Below are positions 62,301-64,000 of a stretch of 64,000 bases of DNA, piece after piece. Numbering within the stretch: the stretch's first letter is position 1; the number at the start of each line of letters is the position of its first letter. The translations under genes were made by a program, and so were the position numbers. The notes beneath the pieces were generated by a model. That model was not told the origin of the DNA. It did not search any database and was given only the letters and a program-made list of their open reading frames with translations. Source of the stretch: Hemiscyllium ocellatum (Eukaryota); the NCBI RefSeq assembly GCF_020745735.1, contig NW_026867526.1:248001-312000 (forward strand), in the 5' to 3' direction.

Positions 62301-63373
62301 GAGAGTTGAGATAAAAGGTTCTTTTTCAGAATGACAGCCGGTGACTAGCGGTGTCCCGGAGGGTTCAGTGTTGGGGCCACAGCTATTCGCATGATATATT
62401 AATGATTTGGATGAGGGGACTGGGGGCATTCTAGCAAAGTTTGCCGATGATACGAAGTTAGGTGGACAGGCAGGTAGTACTGAGGAAGTGGGGAGGCTAC
62501 AGAAGGATCTAGACAGGTTGGGAGAGTGGTCCAGGAAATGGCTGATGGAATTTAACGTGAGCAAGTGCGAAGTCTTGCACTTTGGCAAAAAGAATAAAAG
62601 CATAGACTACTTTCAACATGATGAGAAAATTAGTAAAGCCAAAGTACAAAGGGATCTGGGAGTGCTAGTCGAGGATTCTCTAAAGGTAAACATGCAGGTT
62701 GAGTCCGTGATTAAGAAAGCGAATGCAATTTTGTCTCTTATCTCAAGAGGGTTGGAATATAAAAGCAGCGATGTGCTACTGAGTCTTTATAAAGCTCTGG
62801 TTAGGCCCCATTTGGAGTACTGTGTCCAGTTTTGGTCCCCACAACTCAGAAAGGACATACTGGCACTGGAACGTGTCCAGCGGAGATTCACACGAATGAT
62901 CCCTGGAATGGCAGGTCTAACATATGAGGAACGGCTGAGGATCCTGGGATTGTATTCATTGGAGTTTAGAAGATTAAGGGGAGACTTAATAGAGACGTAC
63001 AAGATAATATATGGCTTGGAAAGGGTGGACGCTAGGAAATTGTTTCCATTAGGCGAGGAGACTAGGACCTGTGGACACAGACTTAGAATTAGAGGGGGTC
63101 AATTCAGAACGGAAATGCGGAGACATTTCTTCAGCCAGAGGGTGGTGGGCCTGTGGAATTCATTGCCAAGGAGTGCAGTGGAGGCCGGGACGCTAAATGT
63201 CTTCAAGGCTGAGATTGATAGATTCTTGTTGTCTCGAGGAATGAAGGGCTACGGGGAGAACGCTGGTAAGTGGAGTTGAAATGCCCATCAGCCATGATTG
63301 AATGGCGGAGTGGACTCGATGGGCCGAATGGCCTTACTTCCACTCCGATGTCTTATGGTCTTATGGTCTTATG
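59400..63373 (+). mobile_element. Near-full-length CR1 LINE (ORF1 zinc finger + SGNH esterase; ORF2 APE + RT)
   Basis: ORF1: HICSKCWLLEEL, VVIGDSII, CLPGAKV, VHVGTNNIG. ORF2 pieces 60612-61457, 61638-62258 and 62407-63279 (AKFADDTKL). (tcttatgg)n tail. A few stops and frameshifts. Inserted into a Gypsy RT fragment. Confidence 0.97.
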
Positions 63374-64000
63374 TTTGTCATGACACTGGAAATGAGCTGT
63401 GTGAATGTGCCATTGTGATTCAGTGATGATTCCCATAAACATGCACCAATTAATACCCACGAGAGATGGAAACAATATACTTGACTGCCTGTCTTTTAGG
63501 GTATCATCAGGCGGTGAACAGTTCCAGGGAATGAGGAGAACATTTTACAAGGTCTACTGCAGGTCGATATTTATCTGAATGATGTGCTAAATACAGTGAT
63601 GATCAATAAAAATGTGTTTAATGTTTCTCCAAATCCTTAGAAAGGTAAAAAAGCAGGTGGGTTCCAAGGCATCCCAACTCAACTCATTGAGTGTCAGCAT
63701 CAACAACAGTGGGCTATGCACATCCAACAATAACATGAGGGTATCCAAGGGTTCCTCAGTTCCCACATCTGTATCAGTGCTTTGGACTTTCCTTGGCTTA
63801 GTGAATTATTAAGGAAAATTCTGTAATGAGCTAGCATTCATTCTGGCAGCTTAGATTTGCTCTTCAGAAAGAGCCAACTTTGCAAGTAGCCGAGTCACCA
63901 AGAAGTAGCCTTTCAGGAATTGAAAAAGCAGCTATCGGCATTTAAACTTTTTGCACAGACTACTCCCCAGTGAGATGTGGTGCTGACATGTGAAGTCTCC

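Larger units (their letters stand above)
41975..64000 (+). repeat. Ancient tandem array of composite Gypsy+RTE+PLE-tail+CR1 units
   Basis: Marker acatacccagcc...ctgtgggttctccc at about 42060, 45410, 49905, 52900 and 57465. Marker gaaaagaacaaatgctggagatcacag...catccatgagagagagcaagcta at about 44450, 46395, 51555, 53805, 54735 and (partial) 58605. Gypsy RT starts recur at about 47830, 55510 and 63410. Confidence 0.85.

Noticed and set aside
1-64000. CRISPR arrays, rRNA or bona fide tRNA genes
   Set aside because: None seen; the only tRNA-like sequences are the SINE head at 51152 and the PBS.

Overview
Repeat-dominated vertebrate DNA, most likely from a shark or other elasmobranch (inferred from an HE1-type SINE, CR1 LINEs with esterase ORF1, Penelope-like elements and an epsilon-like ERV env). 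I could not support any intact host protein-coding gene. Five structures stand out. (1) Two disabled minus-strand exons of a procollagen galactosyltransferase (COLGALT) gene at 7665-7805 and 1188-1451. (2) A tandem segmental duplication, 15624-25651 versus 35771-48876, about 3-4% diverged in the stretch I counted, with a 3178-bp deletion in the left copy. (3) A 10.1-kb LTR-bounded element (25652-35770) sitting exactly at the duplication junction, flanked by CCTGG on both sides. Its two LTRs share R-U5 but not U3, and gag-pol is replaced by about 6.5 kb of gene-like and host cargo. (4) An old tandem array of a composite Gypsy+RTE+PLE-tail+CR1 unit running from about 21950 to the window end. (5) Two TSD-flanked palindromic Penelope mini-elements carrying hammerhead-like cores. 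All alignments and counts were done by eye, and protein comparisons are against sequences recalled from memory; repeat boundaries without TSDs or TIRs are approximate.
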